From an uncultured Planctomycetia bacterium (GTDB taxonomy: Bacteria > Omnitrophota > Gorgyraeia > Gorgyraeales > Gorgyraeaceae), in NCBI GenBank assembly GCA_964415355.1, contig CAYPYS010000004.1, positions 27,220 to 91,219 of the forward strand: 64,000 nucleotides of DNA. The letters run 5' to 3'. The position numbers and the translations under genes were made by a program. Below are positions 21,013-30,532 of this stretch, in pieces. A model generated the notes under the pieces. It saw nothing but the letters and a program-made list of their open reading frames with translations, was not told the origin of the DNA and searched no databases. The number at the start of each line of letters is the position of its first letter. Within the stretch, counting starts at the first letter, position 1.

Positions 21013-21804
21013 ATGGAATATGCTATTTATTTTTCAAAAATCGACAAATTAAAGGCGTGCGATTTGGATAAATACGAAAGGGTATATTTTGGCAATGAAT
21101 TCTGCGACCAGTTGATACCGTCCATAGCGAAATTTGAGGATGCGCTTTCTTTTGTCAAAAAAATGGAGAAACGTATTAGTTTTGTTACATGCTACGTAAG
21201 TGAACATAACATAAAAAAATATCACCCCCTTATAGAATTATTAGCCAAAAATGCCCCGGACAGCGAGGTAATCATAAATGACTTGGGGCTATTGAGGATA
21301 TGTCTTCAAAACAATCTGACGCCTGTTCTAGGAAGATTGCTTGTAAAACAGAAGCGAGATCCCCGTATAGCCAAGTTTATAGGCTCCCTTTCTCCCAGGG
21401 AAAAATTACACATGCAACAGGCTGGCCTCAATAAGTATTTTATAGACTTTTTGAAACGAAAGAATATAAATAGGATAGAGCTAGACAATTTGCTGCAAAA
21501 CATAGATATAAATGAATTACAAGATTCTGGATTTTCATTCTCTCTTTATGTGCCATACGGTTATATAACCACTACCAGGTTGTGTCTCTTCCGCAATAAA
21601 AACAAAGAGGACAGCGGAAGGCTAGACCTCATGCCTTGTAACCGTGAGTGCGCCAGGGGACCGGTCAAGCTGCACAATAAACGGCTGAAAGAAATCTTAT
21701 TTATGAAAGGCAATACTATATTCTTCAAAAATACGTCCGAAGATCTCTTGCGACACAACTCAAAGATCGACAGAGTGATTCATCAACCAGAAATTCCAGA
21801 TTAA
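21013..21804 (+). CDS. U32-family-like protein (UbiV-like partner?)
   Basis: RVYFGNEFCDQ, INDLGLLR, and a C-terminal Cys group (LCLFRN...MPCNRECARG). Start taken at ATG 21013 rather than the overlapping 20911. Confidence 0.45.
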   Translation: MEYAIYFSKIDKLKACDLDKYERVYFGNEFCDQLIPSIAKFEDALSFVKKMEKRISFVTCYVSEHNIKKYHPLIELLAKNAPDSEVIINDLGLLRICLQNNLTPVLGRLLVKQKRDPRIAKFIGSLSPREKLHMQQAGLNKYFIDFLKRKNINRIELDNLLQNIDINELQDSGFSFSLYVPYGYITTTRLCLFRNKNKEDSGRLDLMPCNRECARGPVKLHNKRLKEILFMKGNTIFFKNTSEDLLRHNSKIDRVIHQPEIPD

Positions 21805-21807
21805 AAA

Positions 21808-23424
21808 ATGCGTACATCTATAAAACAACATAAAAATACAATATATATGCTCTTATTGGGGCTGGTGCTTCTTGTCGGATTATTTTTAAGATTATACAAC
21901 CTGGATTTTAAAAGTCTCTGGTTTGATGAAGCTGATGTGGTCCTCAGTTCTACAAGCATCTCTGATGCCTCTAAAATCCTGGACTATCACAATCCAATAC
22001 TCTTTTACCGAATATTCATTTTCTACTGGAGACATTTATCTCCTTATGCCAACGAGTGGCTCCTTAGGCTGCCCTCTGTTATTTTCGCATTAGGGGCGAT
22101 AATATTGATATACAAACTGACCTTCATTCTTTTTGGCAACAAACAAGTAGCTTTAATAAGCGCTCTGTTGCTTTGCATATCTCCGCTACATGTTTATTAT
22201 TCGCAAGAAGCGACCTGTTATTCTCTCATAGCCTTTCTTTCTCTGGCAACGGCGTATTGTTTTTTTAACCTGCCTAAGAGACGCGGGATTTATTTTTCCC
22301 TATATGTAGCATTGCATCTGATAGGCGCGTATGCCCATCCAATAATGCTGGTGGTTTTCCTGACACAAAATCTCTTTCTTGTAATCCGGAGAGAGAGATT
22401 CCAAAAGGTTATTGTAAAAATAATATTGTGCGATCTAGTAATAATATTATTATACAGCCCCGCCTTGTACTCAATCCTTTCAGGGCACGAATTTTTATTC
22501 ATCAAAGACCATTTTGCTTTTAAGCGGGCTTCTGTCTGGATACCCGTCCCCGCATGGAGAAGTCTTTTTTTCACTCTTAAAAATTTTACCATAGGGTACA
22601 ATAATCCTGGGTTTCTATATCCCGCAGCCGTGATTTTTTTTCTTGTATCCATCATCAAAGGGATCCTGAATTTAATAAAAAAAGAAAATGGCTTGATGAT
22701 ATTGATTTTTCTTTTAGCGCCGATCCTTTTTATATTTACCGTCGGGAAGATAACGACATTTTCATATTATGTGGATAGATATTTTTTATGTTGTCTTCCT
22801 TTTTTCTGCATGACAGTTGCCTATAGCATACATGCTCTAAATAAAAAATATCTTCAAATTGGGACAATATTTATTATCACGGCCATATCAGCCATCAACC
22901 TGAACAACTATTACCGCAATGTCATACCGGATGATGAGTGCAGGCGCCATCTAGGCGTTGTCGAGAGAAAGGATATAAAAAAAGCTGCCCAATATATCAA
23001 TGAACATCTCGGCCCAGGTGACACCCTGTTCCATACATGCCGCAATACAGCGCTGCCATTTGAGTATTATTTTGATTTTCATTTTAAGAAAACTACGGAC
23101 ATCTTTAAATATTACATTGAACGTACTGACAATAAACAAAAAATCCTATCCTATTTTCCTCAGACTAATAGTTTAAAAGTATACAAATACGCCGTGCTGA
23201 GCGAGGTCTTTCAGGATGAGATAATAGAATTGGATGATTACGAGATCCCGGATAATGGGATCTGGCTGGTTTTTTCATCTTGGCTCACCCCTCGTCCAGA
23301 TGACGCAGAGTCGAACACCCTTAGCTATATGGAAAAAAACTACGCAAAAATACGGGAAAAAAGATTCAAGGGCATCACGGTATATTTATATAGAAAAAAT
23401 AAGGCCTTTGATGATATGATATAA
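21808..23424 (+). CDS. GT-C fold membrane glycosyltransferase (ArnT/PMT_2-like)
   Basis: LGLVLLVGLFLRLYNL...WFDEADVV loop motif, ISPLHVYYSQEATCYSL. Confidence 0.6.
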   Translation: MRTSIKQHKNTIYMLLLGLVLLVGLFLRLYNLDFKSLWFDEADVVLSSTSISDASKILDYHNPILFYRIFIFYWRHLSPYANEWLLRLPSVIFALGAIILIYKLTFILFGNKQVALISALLLCISPLHVYYSQEATCYSLIAFLSLATAYCFFNLPKRRGIYFSLYVALHLIGAYAHPIMLVVFLTQNLFLVIRRERFQKVIVKIILCDLVIILLYSPALYSILSGHEFLFIKDHFAFKRASVWIPVPAWRSLFFTLKNFTIGYNNPGFLYPAAVIFFLVSIIKGILNLIKKENGLMILIFLLAPILFIFTVGKITTFSYYVDRYFLCCLPFFCMTVAYSIHALNKKYLQIGTIFIITAISAINLNNYYRNVIPDDECRRHLGVVERKDIKKAAQYINEHLGPGDTLFHTCRNTALPFEYYFDFHFKKTTDIFKYYIERTDNKQKILSYFPQTNSLKVYKYAVLSEVFQDEIIELDDYEIPDNGIWLVFSSWLTPRPDDAESNTLSYMEKNYAKIREKRFKGITVYLYRKNKAFDDMI

Positions 23425-23425
23425 A

Positions 23426-24484
23426 ATGATGGTTGTATTATTCGCCTTAACTATCTTTTTAGCATTTTACCTCCTCTTATCAATGCGACATTGTCACCTT
23501 AAAAGAGGAGGGAGGCTGACCTTCACCTTTTTCTTTTTTGGCTTCCTCTATATCTCAAGATGGGTAATAAAAAATATGGGGCCTTCGCCGGAATATTTAA
23601 AAACAGCTCGATGCTCGATCTTCTCCGCAAGGACAAGCTTATTGAGTACGCTGTCTAGCGCAAAAGACCCAGCGATAAATTTTATTCATGTGTTATTAGT
23701 GCATATTGTAATTATTATAGGCTGGCTTTGCCTATTCTACGCTGGTTGGTGGCTGGCAGAGAGGATTATGCGACATTTCGATATTTTGCAAAAGCGCCTT
23801 TTCCCTACCTTGCTGCTAAGTTCTTTTATAACCGCTAGCATCGCATATCCTATTGAAGCGACAGGGAGCAGTATTGGCTGGTGGTGGTGGCAATTGCCTG
23901 CTAAATCATTCGATATATTCTTCATCGGCTGCCCAGCACAACCCATGAGGGCTGAATTTTACTCTGTTCTTTTATTTCTGGCAGCGTATTTTTTAATCGA
24001 GTGCTCGAGGTTCAGGCATAAAAGTTGGCGGATGCTCTTTTTCTTATTACCGTTCGTGCATTTCTTTACCATAACTTTTTTCGGTCATGGTCTGCCAAGG
24101 GCCATCGAACGTCTCGGAATCTTTATAACAATCCTGATATTAACATTTTTTAGCAAACTATCCTTAGAAAATACAGGGGAAGATGACCTCTCCACGCTTA
24201 AGAGCGTGGAGGATTTATTGTCCATAGCATTGATTTCTCTGTTATCCCTGTCGTGCCTTGTGCATATATTTATAATCCAAAAGCCGCTATTAGTCTTTTC
24301 AGCATTGCCTGCTTTCTTTTTTTATTTACTGTCTATAAAAAAGGAGCTGTTTGTCCTGGTCCTGATTTTTAGCGTAGCATTGCTATTTTTAGGTAAAACT
24401 ATAGCAGCGCCTCTAATGGTGCCGATATCTATTTTTTTGGTGTTTAAGGCAAGTGACCATTATCAAAAAAGGGTGGCGAAATGA
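23426..24484 (+). CDS. polytopic membrane protein, family B (member 2)
   Basis: Family motifs HCHLKRGGRLTFTFFFF, GWWWWQLP, YFLIECSRFRHK, LFFLLPFVHFF. Confidence 0.6.
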   Translation: MMVVLFALTIFLAFYLLLSMRHCHLKRGGRLTFTFFFFGFLYISRWVIKNMGPSPEYLKTARCSIFSARTSLLSTLSSAKDPAINFIHVLLVHIVIIIGWLCLFYAGWWLAERIMRHFDILQKRLFPTLLLSSFITASIAYPIEATGSSIGWWWWQLPAKSFDIFFIGCPAQPMRAEFYSVLLFLAAYFLIECSRFRHKSWRMLFFLLPFVHFFTITFFGHGLPRAIERLGIFITILILTFFSKLSLENTGEDDLSTLKSVEDLLSIALISLLSLSCLVHIFIIQKPLLVFSALPAFFFYLLSIKKELFVLVLIFSVALLFLGKTIAAPLMVPISIFLVFKASDHYQKRVAK

Positions 24485-25506
24485 ACATATGGCCTGCGTT
24501 TTTAATATGCCTTTTGGGTATCTTGGTATTTATACTGCATTCTTATTCAAGACAGGGCCCGAGATTAACGTTTAATTTTTTCTTTTTTGCCTTCCTTGTC
24601 GCCATCATAAAAGAAGGGCCCATGCGCATAAATGGCTTATTAATGAAAAACCCTTCTATGCCGTATGAGTTTTTAATAAAAGGGGTGCCTGTGGTTGCCA
24701 GTACCACGTTAGTAATACTAGGCTGGGTCTTTACTTTCTATTTGGGCTGGTATATTGGGGGAAGGGTTTCGGAAAGATTGGGCGCATGGCAAAAGCGCAT
24801 CTTCCCGACACTGCTTTTGAGCGGTCTGGTAACAGCAAGCATTGGTTACTGCGTTGAGGCCACAGCAATGGGGCTCGGATGGTGGCACTGGACAATAGAA
24901 GATGCTAGATTAGCCCCTCTTTTAGTAGGCGCCCCTTTCATTGTCTTCGAGACCTGGGTACACTTCCCCACACAATATCTGCTTATGCCTTATTCTTTAA
25001 TAGAATGCTCGAGATTTAAAAGAATGTCCTGGAAGGGTATATTTTTTGTAATACCTTTTATTCACAGCCTTTCCACGCAAGCGCGATTAGAATCTGTAAG
25101 AATAGGGGTTGAGCATGCGGCATTAATGGTCCTGCTGGTCCTCGCCTTTACTAATCCATTACGCTTTGATTACTCAGGGATAAAAAAGCACGAAGGGGTA
25201 TCTTTTCTTAAACCAAAACTATTAGATCAATTGCCGATGGCGGTGATGATAATGTTATTATCTACGCTGGCCCTACTTGACGTGGCAAAGATACATGATG
25301 CGGGACTGGTTATATCGATACTTCCGGCAATGTTTTTTATCCTGCTCGCAATCAAGAGAATACCTTTTTATTGGATAGCGTCCCTTGCGCTTCTGTGCTT
25401 TCTGATATTACAAAAACAGGCGATTATAGCAACGGCTCCAGTCGCTATCGTATTGATTTTCAAAAGCGCGATGAAAATCACGTCTAATTTAAAAGGAGAA
25501 TGCTAA
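24481..25506 (+). CDS. polytopic membrane protein, family B (member 3)
   Basis: ATGA start/stop overlap with the ORF at 23426. Motifs HSYSRQGPRLTFNFFFF, GWWHW, SLIECSRFKRM, PFIH. Confidence 0.6.
   Translation: MNIWPAFLICLLGILVFILHSYSRQGPRLTFNFFFFAFLVAIIKEGPMRINGLLMKNPSMPYEFLIKGVPVVASTTLVILGWVFTFYLGWYIGGRVSERLGAWQKRIFPTLLLSGLVTASIGYCVEATAMGLGWWHWTIEDARLAPLLVGAPFIVFETWVHFPTQYLLMPYSLIECSRFKRMSWKGIFFVIPFIHSLSTQARLESVRIGVEHAALMVLLVLAFTNPLRFDYSGIKKHEGVSFLKPKLLDQLPMAVMIMLLSTLALLDVAKIHDAGLVISILPAMFFILLAIKRIPFYWIASLALLCFLILQKQAIIATAPVAIVLIFKSAMKITSNLKGEC
25111..25391 (+). repeat. 281-bp segment identical to 26100-26381 (copy 1, inside family B member 3)
   Basis: Read base by base: identical from GAGCATGCGGCATTAATGG through GCGTCCCTTGCGCT. 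Confidence 0.85.
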
Positions 25507-26501
25507 TGGTTACTATAAACTTCGTTATTCTTTGCGGTGTTGGAATAATTGCTTGCGTCTTACATTCCTATTTTAAGAGGGGAGGCGCCTTGACGCTGAA
25601 TTTTTTCCTGTTTTCATTCATGCTGACCTTCACCAGGGGTGGAGTACATATTTTCAAATTTATAAACTCATCCGGGCCAAGTTCTATTATAGTTAAGGCA
25701 GCGCTTTCTACATTAATATGGGTGCTCGCATTTTATCTTTCTGTATATATCGCCGAAAAGGTCGCTGACAGGTCGACTCAGATAAAGCACAGGATCTTCC
25801 CTGTGCTATTGTTCGCCGGAATAACTATCTCTGCTATCGCCTATGCCTTCGAGACCACAGCTACAAACATCGGCTGGTGGGCTATTCCCGTTACAGATGT
25901 CGACAGCGGGTTTTTGCTTACCCCTTTTTATGTAATAAGAAAATGGTTTTATTTTTATGTCTATTTTTTAGCTGCTTATTTCCTGATTGCCTGCTCAGAA
26001 TACAAGAGAAAAAACTGGAAGACAATCTTTTTTATACTGCCGTTCGTTCACGCCTGGATACCGCGATTCTTTGGAGAAGGGCTCCCCCAAATTATTGAAG
26101 AGCATGCGGCATTAATGGTCCTGCTGGTCCTCGCCTTTACTAATCCATTACGCTTTGATTACTCAGGGATAAAAAAGCACGAAGGGGTATCTTTTCTTAA
26201 ACCAAAACTATTAGATCAATTGCCGATGGCGGTGATGATAATGTTATTATCTACGCTGGCCCTACTTGACGTGGCAAAGATACATGATGCGGGACTGGTT
26301 ATATCGATACTTCCGGCAATGTTTTTTATCCTGCTCGCAATCAAGAGAATACCTTTTTATTGGATAGCGTCCCTTGCGCTGATATCTCTATTGCTATTAA
26401 AAAAACTGGCACTACCTATTATCGTACCTGTTGGTTTTTTGATCATTTTCTGTTCTATCGTAAAAACGCGTGCTAAAACAACAAACATACCGCTGAAATG
26501 A
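25500..26501 (+). CDS. polytopic membrane protein, family B (member 4)
   Basis: HSYFKRGGALTLNFFLF, GWWAIP, YFLIACSEYKRK, LPFVHAW. Confidence 0.6.
   Translation: MLMVTINFVILCGVGIIACVLHSYFKRGGALTLNFFLFSFMLTFTRGGVHIFKFINSSGPSSIIVKAALSTLIWVLAFYLSVYIAEKVADRSTQIKHRIFPVLLFAGITISAIAYAFETTATNIGWWAIPVTDVDSGFLLTPFYVIRKWFYFYVYFLAAYFLIACSEYKRKNWKTIFFILPFVHAWIPRFFGEGLPQIIEEHAALMVLLVLAFTNPLRFDYSGIKKHEGVSFLKPKLLDQLPMAVMIMLLSTLALLDVAKIHDAGLVISILPAMFFILLAIKRIPFYWIASLALISLLLLKKLALPIIVPVGFLIIFCSIVKTRAKTTNIPLK
26100..26381 (+). repeat. about 281-bp segment identical to 25111-25391 (copy 2, inside family B member 4)
   Basis: Same as above. Encodes the identical protein segment EHAALMVLLVLAFTNPLRFDYSGIKKHEG...RIPFYWIASLAL. 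Confidence 0.85.
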
Positions 26502-27532
26502 GCGTCTTTCATCTATTTTTCTTTGCGTTGATAGGCCTTGCCTTGCTTATAGTCCACTCATATTTCAAGAGGGGGTTCCGTCTTACTTTGAACTTTTTCT
26601 TATTAGCCTTTATCGTCGGATTAAGAAAAGAATCCGGTAGTTTTCTACAGCCCATGTCGGTCAGGACGCAGTACCCCACGCCTTTTATCCATGCCAATGA
26701 CTCACCATTACTTTTCAATGTGATCAATATAACTATAGGCTGGATAATCGTTTTTTATCTCTCCTGGTATATAGCTGAAAATATTATTAAAAAAATACCT
26801 CATGTTAAAGAAAAAATATTCCCTGCGGCATTATTCGCCGGGGTATCCATAGCCGCCTTTTCGTATGCCATCGAGGCGACGGCTATAAATATCGGGTGGT
26901 GGAGATGGATGTTTTTTGAAAAACAATTTTCCGGATTTCTGGTGGGCGGCGTTCATTTCTTTGCACTCAACGCCTGGTTCTCTTTTGGCCTTCACTTCTT
27001 AGTCCCTTTCTTTTTGATAGAGTGTTCGAAGTTTCGCAAGGCGAGCTGGAAATGCATATTCTTTCTCATCCCGTTCTCGAGGACATGCACCATGCTTTTT
27101 CTCGGCTCGCACATACATCGCAGTATACATGAATTCATCTTCTTTCTTGTATTAATAATACTGGTATTTATCCAACCATTACAGTTTAATTACCCGCAAT
27201 TTAAAACAAGATTGTCCGTACATCCTTTCCAGCGCAAATTGATCGAAGCCATCCCCTTAGCCGTAATCCTTATGATCCTGATTGTGCTGAGTTATGTCGA
27301 TCTGATACAGATAAAAAATGTCTACTTGCTAGTCAGTCTTCTTCCTTTTATTGTGCTTGTGTTTTTAGCTTTTAAAAAAATACCGCCGCTATTGATCTTG
27401 TTGTTCACTGCGGCAATATTGTTAAGTCTTGGCAAGGCAGGGATCCCCGCATGCATGCCTGCATTGGCAGTTTTGGGCCTTTTGGGGATAGGAAATCTTA
27501 TGGCCAGCAAAAAATACTCCAAGGCTATATAA
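26498..27532 (+). CDS. polytopic membrane protein, family B (member 5)
   Basis: ATGA overlap with the ORF at 25500. HSYFKRGFRLTLNFFLL, GWWRWMFF, FLIECSKFRKASWK. Confidence 0.6.
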   Translation: MSVFHLFFFALIGLALLIVHSYFKRGFRLTLNFFLLAFIVGLRKESGSFLQPMSVRTQYPTPFIHANDSPLLFNVINITIGWIIVFYLSWYIAENIIKKIPHVKEKIFPAALFAGVSIAAFSYAIEATAINIGWWRWMFFEKQFSGFLVGGVHFFALNAWFSFGLHFLVPFFLIECSKFRKASWKCIFFLIPFSRTCTMLFLGSHIHRSIHEFIFFLVLIILVFIQPLQFNYPQFKTRLSVHPFQRKLIEAIPLAVILMILIVLSYVDLIQIKNVYLLVSLLPFIVLVFLAFKKIPPLLILLFTAAILLSLGKAGIPACMPALAVLGLLGIGNLMASKKYSKAI

Positions 27533-27537
27533 AATAT

Positions 27538-28926
27538 ATGATGGCTAAGGCGTTATTAATATCTTTGGCGACAGATAGCACCAGCGGCCCAGACAAGGGG
27601 AGATTTTTATTTAAGGATTTGCAGCGCAGACCGCTTTTGGGTCTCTTGTATATCTCTTCAGCGCTCGAGTCCAGAGGGATAAAATGCGAGCTCCTAGACC
27701 AGTCTGTGTCTGATTTTTCTATTGACCGATTGATTGACCGGGTCAAAGAAAACAGGCATATCTTTGTCGGCTTCTACTCACAATTAGTAATAAAAGATAA
27801 GGTAAATGAATACATACGTACATTAAAAGTTGCATGCCCCGAGTCAACCATTGTCGTAGGGGGGCCTGGTTTTTTGTATTACAAAGAATTTTTAAATAAC
27901 GGCTGCGACATTGTTTGCCGAGGCGAAGGGGAATCGACCATTGTAGAAATTGTAGACCATTTAAAAGGAAATAGGCGGCTTAATGAAATAGACGGGATTG
28001 TTTATAGGAACAGAAAGACTGGGGCAATCTTTTATAATAAGGACCGAACGCTTGTCAAAAATCTGGATTCCTTGCCTTTCCCAGCCTGGAACAGCGTAAA
28101 TCTGGACCTATACTATGATTATTCCATATTGCCGATGAAGCGCCCTTTCGCCGTCATAATCACTTCGCGGGGGTGTCCGTTCAAATGCAGTTTTTGTAGC
28201 GGCCCTTATTTTTGGAACAATGTCTACCGCACCAGATCTGTAGAAAATGTCCTAAAAGAGATCGATCTTCTGGTATCAAAGCATGGAATCAGGTATCTTC
28301 TCTTTCAAGATGATGTATTTGGCCTGGACAATAATTGGCTTAGAGACTTCTGTCTCTCATTGATCAATAAGCGCTACAAAGACCTGCACTGGATGTGCAT
28401 CCTGCATCCTCTAGCCTTAAAACAAGATCCCTGTGGGCTTATTGGCCTGATGAAAAAAGCGGGGTGCGACCTGTTTGTCTTCGGCCTCCAATCAGCCAAT
28501 ACTAGTATCCTAGAAAAAATCTGCAGGCATCCGTGCGAGCCTGAGACATTGAAAGGCATAATTAAAATTGCGAACAAACTTGGCATCATGAGTTCCGTGG
28601 ATTTCATACTGGGACTGCCGGGCGAGAACAAAGATACTATCCGCGAAAACATGGATTTCGTATTAAAAGCGAGACCATATCTAGTTAACTTTCATGCCTT
28701 ACGATTAGAGCCTGCTTCAAAACTATCGGAGACCTATAAAGACAAAAAAATATGTAAATTTTCTGGGAACGAACTGATACGGCTGTGTCAAATGGCTAAT
28801 CAGAAATTCTATCTTAGGCCCCAAAACGCTATAAGGATTCTCGCGTTCATCCTTAAAAAGAATCCGGCCCTCTTTTTTAAAACGGCTAGGTTCTGCAACC
28901 ACAAGATGTTATCCGAGCTGTCATGA
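27538..28926 (+). CDS. B12-binding domain radical SAM protein (class B)
   Basis: TSRGCPFKCSFC, LLGLLYISSAL. Start placed at MMAKALL (27538) to avoid an 80-nt overlap with the upstream gene. Confidence 0.8.
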   Translation: MMAKALLISLATDSTSGPDKGRFLFKDLQRRPLLGLLYISSALESRGIKCELLDQSVSDFSIDRLIDRVKENRHIFVGFYSQLVIKDKVNEYIRTLKVACPESTIVVGGPGFLYYKEFLNNGCDIVCRGEGESTIVEIVDHLKGNRRLNEIDGIVYRNRKTGAIFYNKDRTLVKNLDSLPFPAWNSVNLDLYYDYSILPMKRPFAVIITSRGCPFKCSFCSGPYFWNNVYRTRSVENVLKEIDLLVSKHGIRYLLFQDDVFGLDNNWLRDFCLSLINKRYKDLHWMCILHPLALKQDPCGLIGLMKKAGCDLFVFGLQSANTSILEKICRHPCEPETLKGIIKIANKLGIMSSVDFILGLPGENKDTIRENMDFVLKARPYLVNFHALRLEPASKLSETYKDKKICKFSGNELIRLCQMANQKFYLRPQNAIRILAFILKKNPALFFKTARFCNHKMLSELS

Positions 28927-30407
28927 TAGATAAAATACGCCTTTTGGCAAAATCTATAACAAGGCGCACGGGCATGCCTTTGTATCTTATAATTATCTTT
29001 TCTTTGCTTCTCGCGATCCTTTTGATATTTGACTGGTTTGTTTCTGATCCTACGCGAGCAGCAAAAATAGATCGTTATATATTATTCTCTATGGCAGAGA
29101 CATCTCGTTTCAATTACGCAAAAGCTGCTATCTGTAATCCCCTTGTCTTTCTTAACCCAAACGCCAAACCGCTCTATATGATAATCGCCAGTATGTTTGT
29201 TTTTATTCTTCCGTTTGGCCTGATTTCCATTAAAATGCTAAATTCTCTGCTGGCAATAGGCATATTGGGGGTTACCTATAAACTGGTACGAAAAACAGGG
29301 TTAGATGATTTTCATGCCTCCATAGCATTAATACTAACATTGACCTCCCCAATGTTTTTCTTGCTTTCCATAGCGGCTTCTACAGAGCTACTGTTTTGTT
29401 TCTTTCTGCTTTTGGCTATTTGTTCCTTTTACGAAAAAAAATATTTTAATTCGGCTCTGCTAATATCTCTGTTGCCGCTTATACGGCAAGAAGGGGTAAT
29501 ATATTTCGCCATCTGTTCATATTTCCTTATAAAAGCAAAAAATGCAAAATACCTGTTTGTTTTACCAATCCCTCTGGCTATATGGATTCTTTTGAATCGT
29601 GTTCTATTGAGTCATTCTTTCGTTTACCCGTTTTTTGTCTTTGTGGATATGCCTGGACCGACCCCTGCTAGTTCAGTAATGTCCCTTGCAGAGCTAAAGA
29701 GCTTTTTGCCGCTGATATTTTGTCATCCTCTGTTTTTCTTATTCCCCATAGGGTTGATGTTTAAGGTGGCGGATAAAAACTATAGACCCATTGTCGTTTC
29801 ACTGATATTACACAGTATCTTCTTTATCGTCGCTGCTATTATACAGTATTTAACGATCAAGCACACATCTTACTATTTTCGCTATATCGTGCCTCTTGTC
29901 CCGCTTATGGCTATTATGGCAGCCACCCTTTTTAGAAAAGTCAAGGATAATGGTCTAAAAATCTCCCTTATTGTTTTAATATTTATTATTTCGCTTGGAA
30001 TGCTTGTCGCAAAAATTAACGCGTTCCAACAACATCCCAGAATTGTCAGCGAAAGCCTTGATGAGCAGGAAGAAAAATCCATCAAAGAAGCAACTGTGTG
30101 GCTGAACGATTATATGCAGAAAAACGGGCTTCGTCATATTTTTTATCCCGGGAACCTGGTAACGCATAAAATAATAAGGCGATTAAGCGTCTATCTGTCT
30201 TTTGGGGCAACAATGTATCCTGTTAAAGACTTTAAGGAGATTTACGACCCGATAACATTCAACGCCCTTGACAAAGACTTTGGAGATCCCGCATATAGAG
30301 GCGTGGTCCTGGTATTGGACCCTGAGAAGGAGGCGGGGTTGATTTCGGGCCAAAGAACGAGTTTCTTAAAAAAATTCCCCCTGGTTTCTATATATCTTCT
30401 TGAATAG
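28923..30407 (+). CDS. polytopic membrane protein (family C, member 2)
   Basis: Paralogue of the ORF at 18438. ATGA overlap with the upstream radical SAM gene. Confidence 0.45.
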   Translation: MIDKIRLLAKSITRRTGMPLYLIIIFSLLLAILLIFDWFVSDPTRAAKIDRYILFSMAETSRFNYAKAAICNPLVFLNPNAKPLYMIIASMFVFILPFGLISIKMLNSLLAIGILGVTYKLVRKTGLDDFHASIALILTLTSPMFFLLSIAASTELLFCFFLLLAICSFYEKKYFNSALLISLLPLIRQEGVIYFAICSYFLIKAKNAKYLFVLPIPLAIWILLNRVLLSHSFVYPFFVFVDMPGPTPASSVMSLAELKSFLPLIFCHPLFFLFPIGLMFKVADKNYRPIVVSLILHSIFFIVAAIIQYLTIKHTSYYFRYIVPLVPLMAIMAATLFRKVKDNGLKISLIVLIFIISLGMLVAKINAFQQHPRIVSESLDEQEEKSIKEATVWLNDYMQKNGLRHIFYPGNLVTHKIIRRLSVYLSFGATMYPVKDFKEIYDPITFNALDKDFGDPAYRGVVLVLDPEKEAGLISGQRTSFLKKFPLVSIYLLE

Positions 30408-30411
30408 GGCA

Positions 30412-30436
30412 AATCAGACTATCTTGGTCTGATTTT
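30412..30436 (+). terminator. candidate intrinsic terminator (AATCAGAC-loop-GTCTGATT followed by TTTT)
   Basis: 8-bp perfect stem with a 7-nt loop and a T-run, 5 nt after the stop at 30407. Confidence 0.3.
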
Positions 30437-30532
30437 ACGCTTCCGAAAAATGTCGCAAAGTGTAAGCTTATTTTATAGACTAAAAACGTGCACCGACCGT
30501 TCAAATAGGACATTTTTCTACCAAGATTTCTC

